A DNA stretch of 64,000 bases from Candidatus Omnitrophota bacterium (GTDB taxonomy: Bacteria; Omnitrophota; Gorgyraeia; Zapsychrales; Fredricksoniimonadaceae): NCBI GenBank assembly GCA_044225175.1, contig JBGAJA010000002.1:82917-146916 (forward strand). The letters are read 5' to 3'. This document shows, piece after piece, positions 55,373 to 64,000 of the stretch (the stretch's first letter is position 1; each line of letters opens with the position of its first letter). The notes beneath the pieces are model-generated. The model did no database searches. It had not been told where the DNA came from and worked only from the letters and a program-made list of their open reading frames with translations. A program made the translations under genes and the position numbers.

Positions 55373-56977
55373 CTACTTAGCGACTTCAATGGCCCTAGTT
55401 TCACGAACAACCATGACTTTGATGTGGCCAGGATATTCCATTTCTTCTTCAATTCTTTTTCTAATATCCCGAGCCATGACCACAGCTTCATCATCATTGA
55501 CTTTTTCAGGCATGACAACAACACGAATTTCTCGTCCAGCTTGTAGAGCGTATGACTTCTCAACACCTTTAAAGGAGTTAGAAATCTTCTCTAAATTCTC
55601 CAGACGTTTGATGTATGTTTCCATGCTTTCAGCACGAGCCCCTGGACGAGCAGCGGAAATAGCATCTGCTGCTGAAACTAGGATCCCATAGAGGGTGTTC
55701 ATTTCAACTTCACCATGATGACTTTCCACAGCATAAGCGACATCTTCTGTTTCACCATATTTGCGGCAAAGACGAGCGCCTACAATCGCATGCGTGCCTT
55801 CTTCTACGTCGGAAGAGACAACTTTTCCAATGTCATGTAAAAGACCCGCACGCTTAGCGGTTTTTACATCAATTCCTAGCTGATGAGCCATAATGCCCAT
55901 CAATTTAGCAACTTCGATTGAGTGATTTAAACCGTTTTGACCAAAGGATGTTCGGTAGCGAAGCTTTCCCACCAGCTTAATGATTTCAGGATGCATTCCA
56001 TGAATTCCAAGTTCAATAGTAGCACGATCGCCTTCTTCTTTGATCTTTCTATCTATTTCATCTTTGGCTTTTTGGACCACTTCTTCAATACGTCCTGGAT
56101 GAATACGACCATCACCTATTAATTGCTCAATGGCTAAACGTGCAATTTCTCGACGCATCATATCGAAACCTGAGATGGTGACTGCTTCGGGAGTATCATC
56201 AATAATAATATCAACTCCTGTTGCCTGTTCCAAAGCACGGATGTTGCGTCCTTCACGGCCAATAATACGGCCTTTCATTTCATCGGAAGGAAGAGGAACA
56301 ACGGAAACAGTGGTTTCCGCGGTATGATCAGAAGCGCAACGTTGGATGGCAATCGTGATAAGTTCTCTGGCTTTTTTATCTGCAGAATCTTTAATTTCTT
56401 CGTTGTTGTGGCGGATACGCTGGGCTTTTTCTGTGGCTAATTCATCTTCAACGCGAACTAATAAAATCTTCTTGGCTTCTTCTGTAGAAAGATTAGCAAC
56501 AGTTTGTAATCTTTGCTTTTCTTCAGCCAATGCTTTACTTAACTCTTCTGTCTTTTCTTTAATACTTATTTCACCTTCTCGCAAGGCTTCCAGACGGCTA
56601 GTTAAGTCTTTTTCTTTTTTCTCGAGCAAATCAACCCGCTTCTCTAAATTCTCTTCCCTGGATAAAATACGTTTTTCAGACGCTGTTAGTTCATCTCTCT
56701 TTTCTTTTGTCTGAACTTCAAATTCTTGTCGCATCTTGAGTAAAATGTCTTTGGCTTGTAACTCGGCTTCCTTGCGAATAGTTTCTGCTTCTCTTTGGGC
56801 CAATTGACGAATATCCGCGGCTCCTGCCTGTGCTTCTTTTGTTCTCTTAGAACTCAAAAAACTATTTAAGAAAAACCCGGCAATAATGCACCCAAGGCCG
56901 ACAAAAATAACAATAAACATGCTTCCTATGTTTTCCATAGTAAAACCCCTTTCATTCCATCTATTCTGCTTCGCCAA
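55373..56977 (-). CDS. rny: Ribonuclease Y
   Basis: N-terminal TM, coiled coil, KH and HD domains (GLLHDIGK). Confidence 0.9.
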   Translation of the reverse strand: MAKQNRWNERGFTMENIGSMFIVIFVGLGCIIAGFFLNSFLSSKRTKEAQAGAADIRQLAQREAETIRKEAELQAKDILLKMRQEFEVQTKEKRDELTASEKRILSREENLEKRVDLLEKKEKDLTSRLEALREGEISIKEKTEELSKALAEEKQRLQTVANLSTEEAKKILLVRVEDELATEKAQRIRHNNEEIKDSADKKARELITIAIQRCASDHTAETTVSVVPLPSDEMKGRIIGREGRNIRALEQATGVDIIIDDTPEAVTISGFDMMRREIARLAIEQLIGDGRIHPGRIEEVVQKAKDEIDRKIKEEGDRATIELGIHGMHPEIIKLVGKLRYRTSFGQNGLNHSIEVAKLMGIMAHQLGIDVKTAKRAGLLHDIGKVVSSDVEEGTHAIVGARLCRKYGETEDVAYAVESHHGEVEMNTLYGILVSAADAISAARPGARAESMETYIKRLENLEKISNSFKGVEKSYALQAGREIRVVVMPEKVNDDEAVVMARDIRKRIEEEMEYPGHIKVMVVRETRAIEVAK

Positions 56978-57072
56978 AGTGCTTTTGCCTTTGGCTTCGC
57001 AGCAATAATTCCTTCAGAGCACACAAACGAAAGTTTTGGTGCGAAGAAGAATATGTTAATGCAGGGAAGTTT

Positions 57073-57624
57073 TTAGTTTGAGATGATTGAAGATAAAGGA
57101 ACGTCGTGTTCCTCAATCGGAAGGTTTTCGGTGAGCTGAACATCAAAGGCCAGACCAATTGTGGTCACGGATTTTGGCAGACGACAAAGAAATCGGTCAT
57201 AGTAACCTACTCCGCGTCCTAATCGATTATTGGATTTATCGAAAGCAACCCCTGGGACAATTACCATGTCTAATTCTTCCAGTGGAACCTGTAAAGAAGA
57301 ATCCATACGTGGTTCAAGGATGCCATAGGATCCTTTTTCTAAATCTGCCAATGTATTAATGAGTGTTGGAATCATTTGCCTTTGATCACGCACCATAACT
57401 GGAACACAGATGCGTTTGTTCATTTCGAAAGCCTTAATAATCATCTCAAAAGTATTTACTTCACCTGGCAGGGAAACATAAAACAGGATTGTTTTAGCCT
57501 TTTTGAAGGCCTCCAAAGAGAAAAGCTTCTTCTGAATTTGGCGGCTTTTGGCTTCTGTTTCTGTGTTTTCCTGCTTTTTAAGTAGCTCCAGAAATTGTTG
57601 TCTTAAAGAGCCTTTATCCTTCAT
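57073..57624 (-). CDS. 5-formyltetrahydrofolate cyclo-ligase
   Basis: ...GRGVGYYDRFL.... The start is placed at the internal ATG, downstream of a TTGTGC-17-TAATAT promoter. Confidence 0.75.
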   Translation of the reverse strand: MKDKGSLRQQFLELLKKQENTETEAKSRQIQKKLFSLEAFKKAKTILFYVSLPGEVNTFEMIIKAFEMNKRICVPVMVRDQRQMIPTLINTLADLEKGSYGILEPRMDSSLQVPLEELDMVIVPGVAFDKSNNRLGRGVGYYDRFLCRLPKSVTTIGLAFDVQLTENLPIEEHDVPLSSIISN

Positions 57625-57678
57625 GTTGGGCGGTATATTACCATTTTTTAAAACAAAGCACAATAGTTGATTCTTTCC

Positions 57679-58989
57679 TTATTTATCTTCTTTGAGCTTT
57701 TTAAATCGTTCTTTAATTTTAGCTTCATAGCCTTGATTGGTGGGCTCATAGAAAGTAGCTTGAATTGGCATATACTCTTGGAAAACATAGTGGTTAGGAT
57801 AATCATGAGCATATTTGTATCCCTCTCCATGTCCCAATTTATGGGCCCCTTTATAATGAGCATCTTTCAAATGTTTGGGTACAGAAGCTATTTTTTTAGT
57901 CTTAACTTCATCTAAAGCTTTATCAATTCCTAAGTAGACTGCATTGGATTTAGGCGCACAAGCAACATATACCGCTGCTTGAGCTAAGATGATTCTAGCC
58001 TCTGGAAGTCCAACAAATTCAGTAGCTTGCATCGCTGATGTAGCAAGAACCAGGGCTTGGGGATCAGCATTACCCACATCTTCACTGGCGCAAATAACAA
58101 TTCTTCGAGATATAAATCGTGGGTCTTCCCCGGCATAGATCATCTTGGCCATCCAATACAATGTGGCATCTGGGTCAGATCCTCGCATGGATTTAATGAA
58201 AGCTGAGATGGTGTCATAGTGTTCATCGCCAGAGGCATCATACTGCACTTGTTTTTTTTGTATGCTTTCTTCTATTGTTTGAATATTTAAAACTATTTGT
58301 CCTTTGGCGTTCTTTGGAGTTGTAAGTGCAGCAATCTCAAGGGTATTCAGAGCTTTTCTGGCATCTCCATCACAAATATTGGCCAGAAACTCAAGCGCAT
58401 CCTCTTTAGCGTCAATATTTAAAAATCCGATGCCTTTTTCCTTATCTATAAGAGCTCTATGCAACACCGTAAGAATGTCTTCTTTCGTCAAAGCTTCAAG
58501 TTCAAAGACCAGTGAACGAGAAAGGAGCGGAGAGACAAGGGCAAAGAAGGGATTAAAAACTGTGGCACCAATAAGAATAATGTTTCCCTCTTCAATATCT
58601 GGCATGAGCACATCTTGTTGGGCTTTATTGAAACGATGGATTTCATCGATAAACAATAGTGTCTTTCTTCCACTCATGCTCCGTCGCTGCTGGGCGCCTG
58701 CAATGATCTTTCTCATTTCATCCACATTGGAAGAAACTGCATTAATTCTCTCGAAATGTGACTGGGTTTTCTGAGAAATACATAAAGCAAGGGTCGTTTT
58801 ACCTGAACCTGGAGGGCCGTAGAGAATGATTGAAGAGACACGGTCTGATCCTATCGCCCGCGTTAAAAGTTTTCCTTCTCCTAAGATATGTTTTTGCCCA
58901 ACATACTCTTCTAAAGTTTGTGGACGCATACGAGCTGCTAAAGGAGAGTCTTTGATTAAATTTTCTGAGGAAGTAAAAAGGTCTGACAT
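57679..58989 (-). CDS. rarA: Replication-associated recombination protein A (AAA+ ATPase)
   Basis: GPPGSGKTTLA, sensor motifs; 436 aa. Confidence 0.85.
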   Translation of the reverse strand: MSDLFTSSENLIKDSPLAARMRPQTLEEYVGQKHILGEGKLLTRAIGSDRVSSIILYGPPGSGKTTLALCISQKTQSHFERINAVSSNVDEMRKIIAGAQQRRSMSGRKTLLFIDEIHRFNKAQQDVLMPDIEEGNIILIGATVFNPFFALVSPLLSRSLVFELEALTKEDILTVLHRALIDKEKGIGFLNIDAKEDALEFLANICDGDARKALNTLEIAALTTPKNAKGQIVLNIQTIEESIQKKQVQYDASGDEHYDTISAFIKSMRGSDPDATLYWMAKMIYAGEDPRFISRRIVICASEDVGNADPQALVLATSAMQATEFVGLPEARIILAQAAVYVACAPKSNAVYLGIDKALDEVKTKKIASVPKHLKDAHYKGAHKLGHGEGYKYAHDYPNHYVFQEYMPIQATFYEPTNQGYEAKIKERFKKLKEDK

Positions 58990-59223
58990 GTAAGAACCTG
59001 CCTTAGGTGGAGTTCTAATAACTTAGGCATCCTTGGGATAAGGATGCCTAAGATTTTACAACTTAAAATCCCGCCTCTGCCGTTGGATTGGTGTATGAGA
59101 AACCATCTTTCTCAAGGGGGCATCAGTGTGTCCTGCCAAAGGCACGGAATCAAGAACCAACGCCCTATGTATTATTTGTGGTTAAATACATCCAACCCTG
59201 ACGCACAGCGCAGGATAAAAATA

Positions 59224-59487
59224 TTAATCACATACGGTGTTGTTGTTATTGTTGTTGCCATTTCCCCAGAAACAACCAAGCCCTAGAGGATTAGGACCTG
59301 GATTCAAATCTTTCCATGTCCATTTTGGAGTACCATCATCATTCGCTGGTGCTTTTTTTTCTACATCTGGTTTTTTACTTTTTTTGCATGGGCCGCCTTT
59401 ACTGCCGACACACGCCATTGAGGAGGAAGGAAAAACTAAAGCAATACTGACTGCAGCAACAAAAAACAAACTTAGTACTTTTCTCAT
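59224..59487 (-). CDS. Small secreted cysteine-containing protein with a poly-Asn tract
   Basis: Strong Shine-Dalgarno AGGAGA 5 nt upstream, signal peptide, 4 Cys, and a 13-bp-stem terminator downstream (59013-59043). Confidence 0.55.
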   Translation of the reverse strand: MRKVLSLFFVAAVSIALVFPSSSMACVGSKGGPCKKSKKPDVEKKAPANDDGTPKWTWKDLNPGPNPLGLGCFWGNGNNNNNNTVCD

Positions 59488-59655
59488 TTTGTTCTCCTTG
59501 GGGTTGTCCTTATCGCTAAACGAAAAAGGAATCCTTCATTACTACGGTGGGATAACTCAAAAACATCCAGCTATTCTAGTCAGACTTTGCTACCTTATAA
59601 GTTTAGTTTTTCTTTGTCAAGAAATTTTAGTTTTGAGGTGTTTTTAGTAAAATTT

Positions 59656-61680
59656 TTAACGACGGGTTGCTTTTAAATCTTTAATGAGAGCTTGAATAAT
59701 GCGCTCATAGCTGGAAGATACTTCCTCTTCTCGCAGGGTTTGTTTGTGACTTTGGTAAATCAAAGAGAAAACCAAAGATTTTTGATCAGGAGAAATTTTA
59801 TCACCCGTGTATTGCTCAATGAATTGAATACTTCTAAGAATATCTCCACCATTTTGACGACAAATAGTTTCAATCTCTTTGTATGATGTTTCTTTTCCAA
59901 TCGCTAAGGATACGTCACGCGTAACTGCGGGGAACTCAACTAACGGTTCATATTTAGTAGTCGTCTTAGGTAAACAGAGAATTTCTTCCAAATGAATACT
60001 GGCAAAATAGACGTCTTGATTCTTGATCTCCCAATTAGTCAGAATTTGTTTGTTCACTTTTCCCAAAAATCCGATTTCTTTTCCTTTAAAAAAAACACTG
60101 GATGAACAGGACTCTTCTAAAATATGTGATTGATTTGGCTTGATTTCGACATTCACATTTAAAGAACGACATACATTTTCAAGGACGCCCTTTAAATCGA
60201 AAATCTCTACATTTTCTTTTCGAGAAATACGCCAGTCTTCGCTTCGTCGACCGGTCATAATAATTGCCAGAGTTTCTTTCTCGCCATTTTTTGAGTATCT
60301 TTTACCTATTTCAAAAATCTTAAGATCCCTTTGTCCTCGGTTAAAATTAGTTAGAGTTACGTTTAAAAGCGAAGGCAAAAGGGATGGTCGTTTGAATTCT
60401 TGTTCCGTCGTCAGAGGATTGTAAACTCGAAGGGCCTTCACATCTTGGTACATGCATTTCTCAATGTCTTTTGCACTTAGCATAGATAAAGTCACCGCTT
60501 CATTTAAACCTGATGCCAGAAGTATTTGTCGAATTAGTTTCTTTAGCTTAATGGGCCTGTCGCTAATTGTGACGTTTTTTGCCTTAATATGAGGGAGGCT
60601 CGTGGGAAGACGATCAAACCCTATAATACGGGCAACTTCTTCAATCAAATCAACCGTTTCTTTGACATCTCCTCGGAAACTTGGAGGTGTGACCATCAAC
60701 ACATTTTTAGAAGAAGAAATCTTAAATTCTAGATTAACCAAAATCGTTTTAATTTGTGCTAAAGAAACTTTGTGACCCAAGAGACTTTCCACATCTTGGG
60801 ATGTTATTTTGATCGATTTAGAAGTACGCTTAGCACCATATGCTGCATCTGTGCGAAAAGCCAGATGACCATGGGTTAAATCCAACAATAGATCTGTAGC
60901 ACGGTTGGCTCCCATTAAAACGCCATCAAAATCCACATTACGTTCAAATCGATAAGAAGAATCGCTTCGAAGCCCTAATTTTCGAGAGGCACGTCGAATA
61001 AGAGTCATGTCAAAATGTGCACTTTCAAGAAGGATGTTCTTGGTAAGCTCTGTTACTTCTGTTTCTTTTCCTCCCATGAGCCCTGCAATCGCAATTGGTT
61101 TTCTTACATCTGCTATCACTAAAATCGTTGGATCTAATGTTCTTTCAATTCCATCAATCGTAATAATCTTCTCTCCTTGCTTGGCTCGACGCACGATGAC
61201 CCTTCCGCCTTCGATCTTATCGTAATCAAATACATGCAAAGGTTGACCCGTTTCCATCAACACAAAATTGGTAATATCGACAGCATTGCTGATGGATGTA
61301 ATTCCCAAAGCATTGATGCGTTCTTGAATAGGTTGAGGTGAGTATGTGATGTTAGTATTAGTAATTAGTGTTGCGATATAACGACTGCAGTCTTTCTTAT
61401 CTTCAATGGAGATAGAAATCTTATTCTTAGTTGGCTTATGTGCTTTAATCTTTGGGGAGTTCACCTTGCGTGAACTAATTGCACCTATCTCACGAGCAAG
61501 TCCTAAAATATTTAAACAGTCGGGTCTATTAGGGGTAATTTCAAGTTCAAAGACAGTGTCTTTTCCATGAAGTTCCACACCCTCAACTTCCCATCCTGCC
61601 ATGACGAGACGAGTAGTTAAATCGTCTGTCGATAGCTTTGGGTCAATATAATCTTTTAACCAATTGAGGGATAATTTCAT
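59656..61680 (-). CDS. pheT: Phenylalanyl-tRNA synthetase beta subunit
   Basis: MKLSLNWLKDYID.... The ORF-track start at 61704 lies inside a REP. Confidence 0.85.
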   Translation of the reverse strand: MKLSLNWLKDYIDPKLSTDDLTTRLVMAGWEVEGVELHGKDTVFELEITPNRPDCLNILGLAREIGAISSRKVNSPKIKAHKPTKNKISISIEDKKDCSRYIATLITNTNITYSPQPIQERINALGITSISNAVDITNFVLMETGQPLHVFDYDKIEGGRVIVRRAKQGEKIITIDGIERTLDPTILVIADVRKPIAIAGLMGGKETEVTELTKNILLESAHFDMTLIRRASRKLGLRSDSSYRFERNVDFDGVLMGANRATDLLLDLTHGHLAFRTDAAYGAKRTSKSIKITSQDVESLLGHKVSLAQIKTILVNLEFKISSSKNVLMVTPPSFRGDVKETVDLIEEVARIIGFDRLPTSLPHIKAKNVTISDRPIKLKKLIRQILLASGLNEAVTLSMLSAKDIEKCMYQDVKALRVYNPLTTEQEFKRPSLLPSLLNVTLTNFNRGQRDLKIFEIGKRYSKNGEKETLAIIMTGRRSEDWRISRKENVEIFDLKGVLENVCRSLNVNVEIKPNQSHILEESCSSSVFFKGKEIGFLGKVNKQILTNWEIKNQDVYFASIHLEEILCLPKTTTKYEPLVEFPAVTRDVSLAIGKETSYKEIETICRQNGGDILRSIQFIEQYTGDKISPDQKSLVFSLIYQSHKQTLREEEVSSSYERIIQALIKDLKATRR

Positions 61681-61690
61681 ATAAATTATT

Positions 61691-61720
61691 GTAGAGGCGG
61701 ACACATAGGTCCTCCCCTAC
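61691..61720. repeat. Imperfect REP (GTAGAGGCGGAC-acat-AGGTCCTCCCCTAC) in the pheS-pheT spacer
   Basis: Direct reading; 10/12 arm matches. Confidence 0.6.
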
Positions 61721-61722
61721 GA

Positions 61723-62733
61723 TTAAAATTGTTTCAAAAACCTCACATCGTTCTCATAAAACAAACGAATGTCATTAATGCCATATTTGAGCATAGCCAT
61801 GCGTTCAATACCCATACCAAAAGCAAATCCAGTATATTTGCCCTTAGGATAACCTACTGATTCAAAAACCTTTGGATGAATCATTCCACATCCTAGGATT
61901 TCTAACCACTTTTTTTTGCCAATTCCAAGGGTCTCTGCAGAGATATCCACTTCGGCTGAAGGTTCGGTAAAAGGAAAAAAGTGAGGGCGAAAACGCATTT
62001 TCACATCTGGGCCAAAAAAACGACGACAGAATTCTGTGAGAAGGCCTTTTAAATCTGCAAATTGAATTTTTTCATCAACTAAAAATCCTTCCAGTTGATG
62101 AAACATAAAGGAGTGACTTGCATCCACAGCATCTGGTCGATACACACGACCAGGAACAATAACGGCCATGGGTGGTTTATGTTCCTTCATAATCCGAATC
62201 TGACCAGGAGATGTGTGACTTCGAAGCAAGAGCCTTCGTCCCTTTGCTGTTGGATCTTCTTGATCAACATAAAATGTATCAAAAGAATCTCGAGAAGGAT
62301 GATCTAAAGGAATATTAAGTCCGGTGAAATTATGAAATTCTGTTTCAATTTCTGGCGTATCGACAATTGCAAAACCAAGTTTTTCAAATACATCTGAAAT
62401 TTCATCAATGGTTTGAGTCAAAAGATGTTGATGACCAAGCGGTAGGGCTGTGCCAGGAAGAGAAATATCGATATAATCTTTTTTGCTAGTTATTGTTGCT
62501 GCGACATTAGACTTTTCTTCAATTAGACGTGTGACAAGAGCCCGCAAATCATTGGCTCCTTTTCCAATAGCCCCCTTATCTTGAGGAGCCGCTGTTGAAA
62601 GTGAAGCAAAAATTTCTGCGACAACTCCTTTTTTTCCTAAATATTTAAGACGGAAAGCTTCTAAACTCTTAGCATCAGAAATGCTTTGGGCTTCTTGTGT
62701 CGCTTGTTGTTGGATTTGATTGAAATCGTGCAT
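61723..62733 (-). CDS. pheS: Phenylalanyl-tRNA synthetase alpha subunit
   Basis: 336 aa class II aaRS motifs. Confidence 0.9.
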   Translation of the reverse strand: MHDFNQIQQQATQEAQSISDAKSLEAFRLKYLGKKGVVAEIFASLSTAAPQDKGAIGKGANDLRALVTRLIEEKSNVAATITSKKDYIDISLPGTALPLGHQHLLTQTIDEISDVFEKLGFAIVDTPEIETEFHNFTGLNIPLDHPSRDSFDTFYVDQEDPTAKGRRLLLRSHTSPGQIRIMKEHKPPMAVIVPGRVYRPDAVDASHSFMFHQLEGFLVDEKIQFADLKGLLTEFCRRFFGPDVKMRFRPHFFPFTEPSAEVDISAETLGIGKKKWLEILGCGMIHPKVFESVGYPKGKYTGFAFGMGIERMAMLKYGINDIRLFYENDVRFLKQF

Positions 62734-62738
62734 AAATT

Positions 62739-62764
62739 AAAAAGCCCCGCGCCAAGGCGGGGCT
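62739..62764 (-). terminator. Intrinsic terminator/attenuator between rplT and pheS (GCCCCGC-cttggc-GCGGGGC followed by TTTTT)
   Basis: Direct reading. Confidence 0.6.
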
Positions 62765-62781
62765 TTAAATTGACTCTTAAA

Positions 62782-63246
62782 CTAAGCCTTGGCTTTCGCT
62801 GTCTTCTTAGTTGTTTTTACTGTGACATTACCTTTGTTATTTGTTGTTGCTGATTTTGGTCTTTTTGCAACCTTAACTTCTTTTTTAGCTGCGGCCGGTG
62901 CATTTTTCGCTGTTTCAACGATTTGGTTGAATGCTTCTGGTGCGCTAATTGCTAATTCGGATAAGACTCTACGATCAAGTTCAATATTGGATCTTTTTAA
63001 ACCGCTGATAAAACGGCTGTATGAAATACCTGCTTCGCGGCAAGCCGCATTTAAACGGATGATCCAAAGAGCACGAAATTCGCCCTTTTTCTTTCTACGA
63101 TCATAAAATGAGTATTGACGTGAGCTCATCAAAGACTTGATGGCTTCTTTATATCTTTTAGAACGATCGCCCCACTGACCGCGGGCTTCCTTCATAATCT
63201 TCTTTTTTCTCTTATGAGAATAAACGTTTGTTTTAATTCGTACCAT
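62782..63246 (-). CDS. rplT: 50S ribosomal protein L20 with a Lys/Ala-rich C-terminal extension of about 35 aa
   Basis: Core RAREQW-like L20 sequence, then ...AKNAPAAAKKEVKVAKRPKSATTNNKGNVTVKTTKKTAKAKA. Confidence 0.9.
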   Translation of the reverse strand: MVRIKTNVYSHKRKKKIMKEARGQWGDRSKRYKEAIKSLMSSRQYSFYDRRKKKGEFRALWIIRLNAACREAGISYSRFISGLKRSNIELDRRVLSELAISAPEAFNQIVETAKNAPAAAKKEVKVAKRPKSATTNNKGNVTVKTTKKTAKAKA

Positions 63247-63451
63247 ATGGCAACAACCTCCTCATACGCTTTGAATCAGCAGGTGAAAGATATCCATCTT
63301 TTCGCAACTGACGCTTATGCTTGCGTGTTTTTTTAGTAAGAATGTGCTGACGACCTGCACTGCGTTTTTTCAAAAGACCTGTTTTGGTCATACGCAAACG
63401 CTTCGCCGCGCTTTTGTTTGTTTTTAATTTTCCTTTTCTACCGATTGCCAT
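63233..63451 (-). CDS. rpmI: 50S ribosomal protein L35
   Basis: Basic 72 aa with HILTKK. Confidence 0.8.
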   Translation of the reverse strand: MAIGRKGKLKTNKSAAKRLRMTKTGLLKKRSAGRQHILTKKTRKHKRQLRKDGYLSPADSKRMRRLLPYGTN

Positions 63452-63487
63452 ACTTGACCGTCCTTTTGTTGGAACGACGTTTTAACG

Positions 63488-64000
63488 TCATTTTTCTGAT
63501 GCTTTTGGAGCCAATACCATCCAAACAATGCGTCCTTCAGCTGAAGGCTCTTTTTCAATGATAGAATGCTCTGCTGTCTTTGCAATAACTTTATCCAGAA
63601 CAGCTTTCCATTGATCTCTGAATGACATTTCTCTTCCTTGAAACACTAAATTAATCTTAACCTTGTCCTTCTTGCTTAAAAAGCTAATGGCCTGTTTCAT
63701 TTTAGTATCCAGGTCATGATCATCAATGTGCGGTTTGATACGAATCTGTTTTAAATGAGTGACATGCTGATTCTTCTTAACTTTACGTTCTTTTTTCTCT
63801 TGATCATATTTATATTTACTGAAGTCAATGATTCTGCAAACTGGTGGTGCTGCCGTTGGTGCAACTTCCACTAAGTCTAATTCATATTCATTGGCAAGTT
63901 CTAAAGCTCTTTGAATGGTGACGACGCCCAATTGTTCTGAGTTAGGGCCAATCACCCGTAATTCTTTGGAACGAATCTGATTATTAATACGGATATTCTT
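63488..64000 (-). CDS. infC: Translation initiation factor IF-3. Partial: the N-terminus and start codon lie at or beyond the window end.
   Basis: ...KNIRINNQIRSKELRVIGPNSEQLGVVTIQRALELANEYELDLVEVAP... Confidence 0.8.
   Translation of the reverse strand, partial: KNIRINNQIRSKELRVIGPNSEQLGVVTIQRALELANEYELDLVEVAPTAAPPVCRIIDFSKYKYDQEKKERKVKKNQHVTHLKQIRIKPHIDDHDLDTKMKQAISFLSKKDKVKINLVFQGREMSFRDQWKAVLDKVIAKTAEHSIIEKEPSAEGRIVWMVLAPKASEK

Noticed and set aside
59230-59250. Imperfect GTT trinucleotide tract, considered as a phase-variation simple-sequence repeat
   Set aside because: It is in frame (encoding poly-Asn), interrupted (…GTTATT…), and triplet-length changes would not shift the frame. At most it would vary the Asn-tract length.
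1-64000. CRISPR arrays, rRNA genes, prophage or integrase genes, toxin-antitoxin pairs
   Set aside because: None seen. The only repeats are short REP-like palindromes and the 65-bp promoter module. No integrase, recombinase or phage structural genes are present.

Overview
This 64-kb window is a chromosomal segment of a low-GC (about 38-40% by eye) bacterium, and almost all of it is coding. Taxon is uncertain: RNase Y-YmdB synteny, type III glutamine synthetase, unfused nuoC/nuoD and several PilZ/HD-GYP c-di-GMP proteins are present. Gene content left to right: a glutamine/nitrogen block (partial Gln-dependent nadE, a class I amidotransferase, glnN GSIII, and two tandem amt-glnK pairs); a three-gene minus-strand operon of two giant paralogous secreted/membrane proteins (1045 and about 1848 aa) flanking a small membrane protein; a GAF-GAF-ANTAR RNA-binding regulator; nuoJKLMN on the + strand; a 6-kb accessory stretch (a REP-associated tyrosine transposase (RAYT), sirtuin, DUF1016 fragment, sixA-like, osmC, VOC, DUF1993, ABC exporter); nuoABCDEFGHI on the minus strand, convergent with nuoJ-N; apbC, sucCD, a dienelactone hydrolase, dedA, an HD-GYP/PilZ/REC-REC signalling cluster, tRNA-Gln(CUG), gltX, two more PilZ genes, ymdB-rny, rarA, and pheST-rplT-rpmI-infC. 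The most notable features are: (i) REP-like GTAG...CTAC palindromes of at least two families, found in intergenic spacers inside operons and also in frame inside coding genes (twice in the 1045-aa gene, once in the 1848-aa gene, and inside the RAYT gene itself); (ii) three nitrogen-assimilation transcription units (glnN, amt1, amt2), each with a TTGACA-17-TAtnaT promoter followed by a leader intrinsic terminator, which implies antitermination control, with a GAF-ANTAR regulator nearby; (iii) the giant-protein operon, in which paralog A has an embedded class II (Ntn) glutamine amidotransferase-like domain and a two-terminator leader. No rRNA or CRISPR array is seen.
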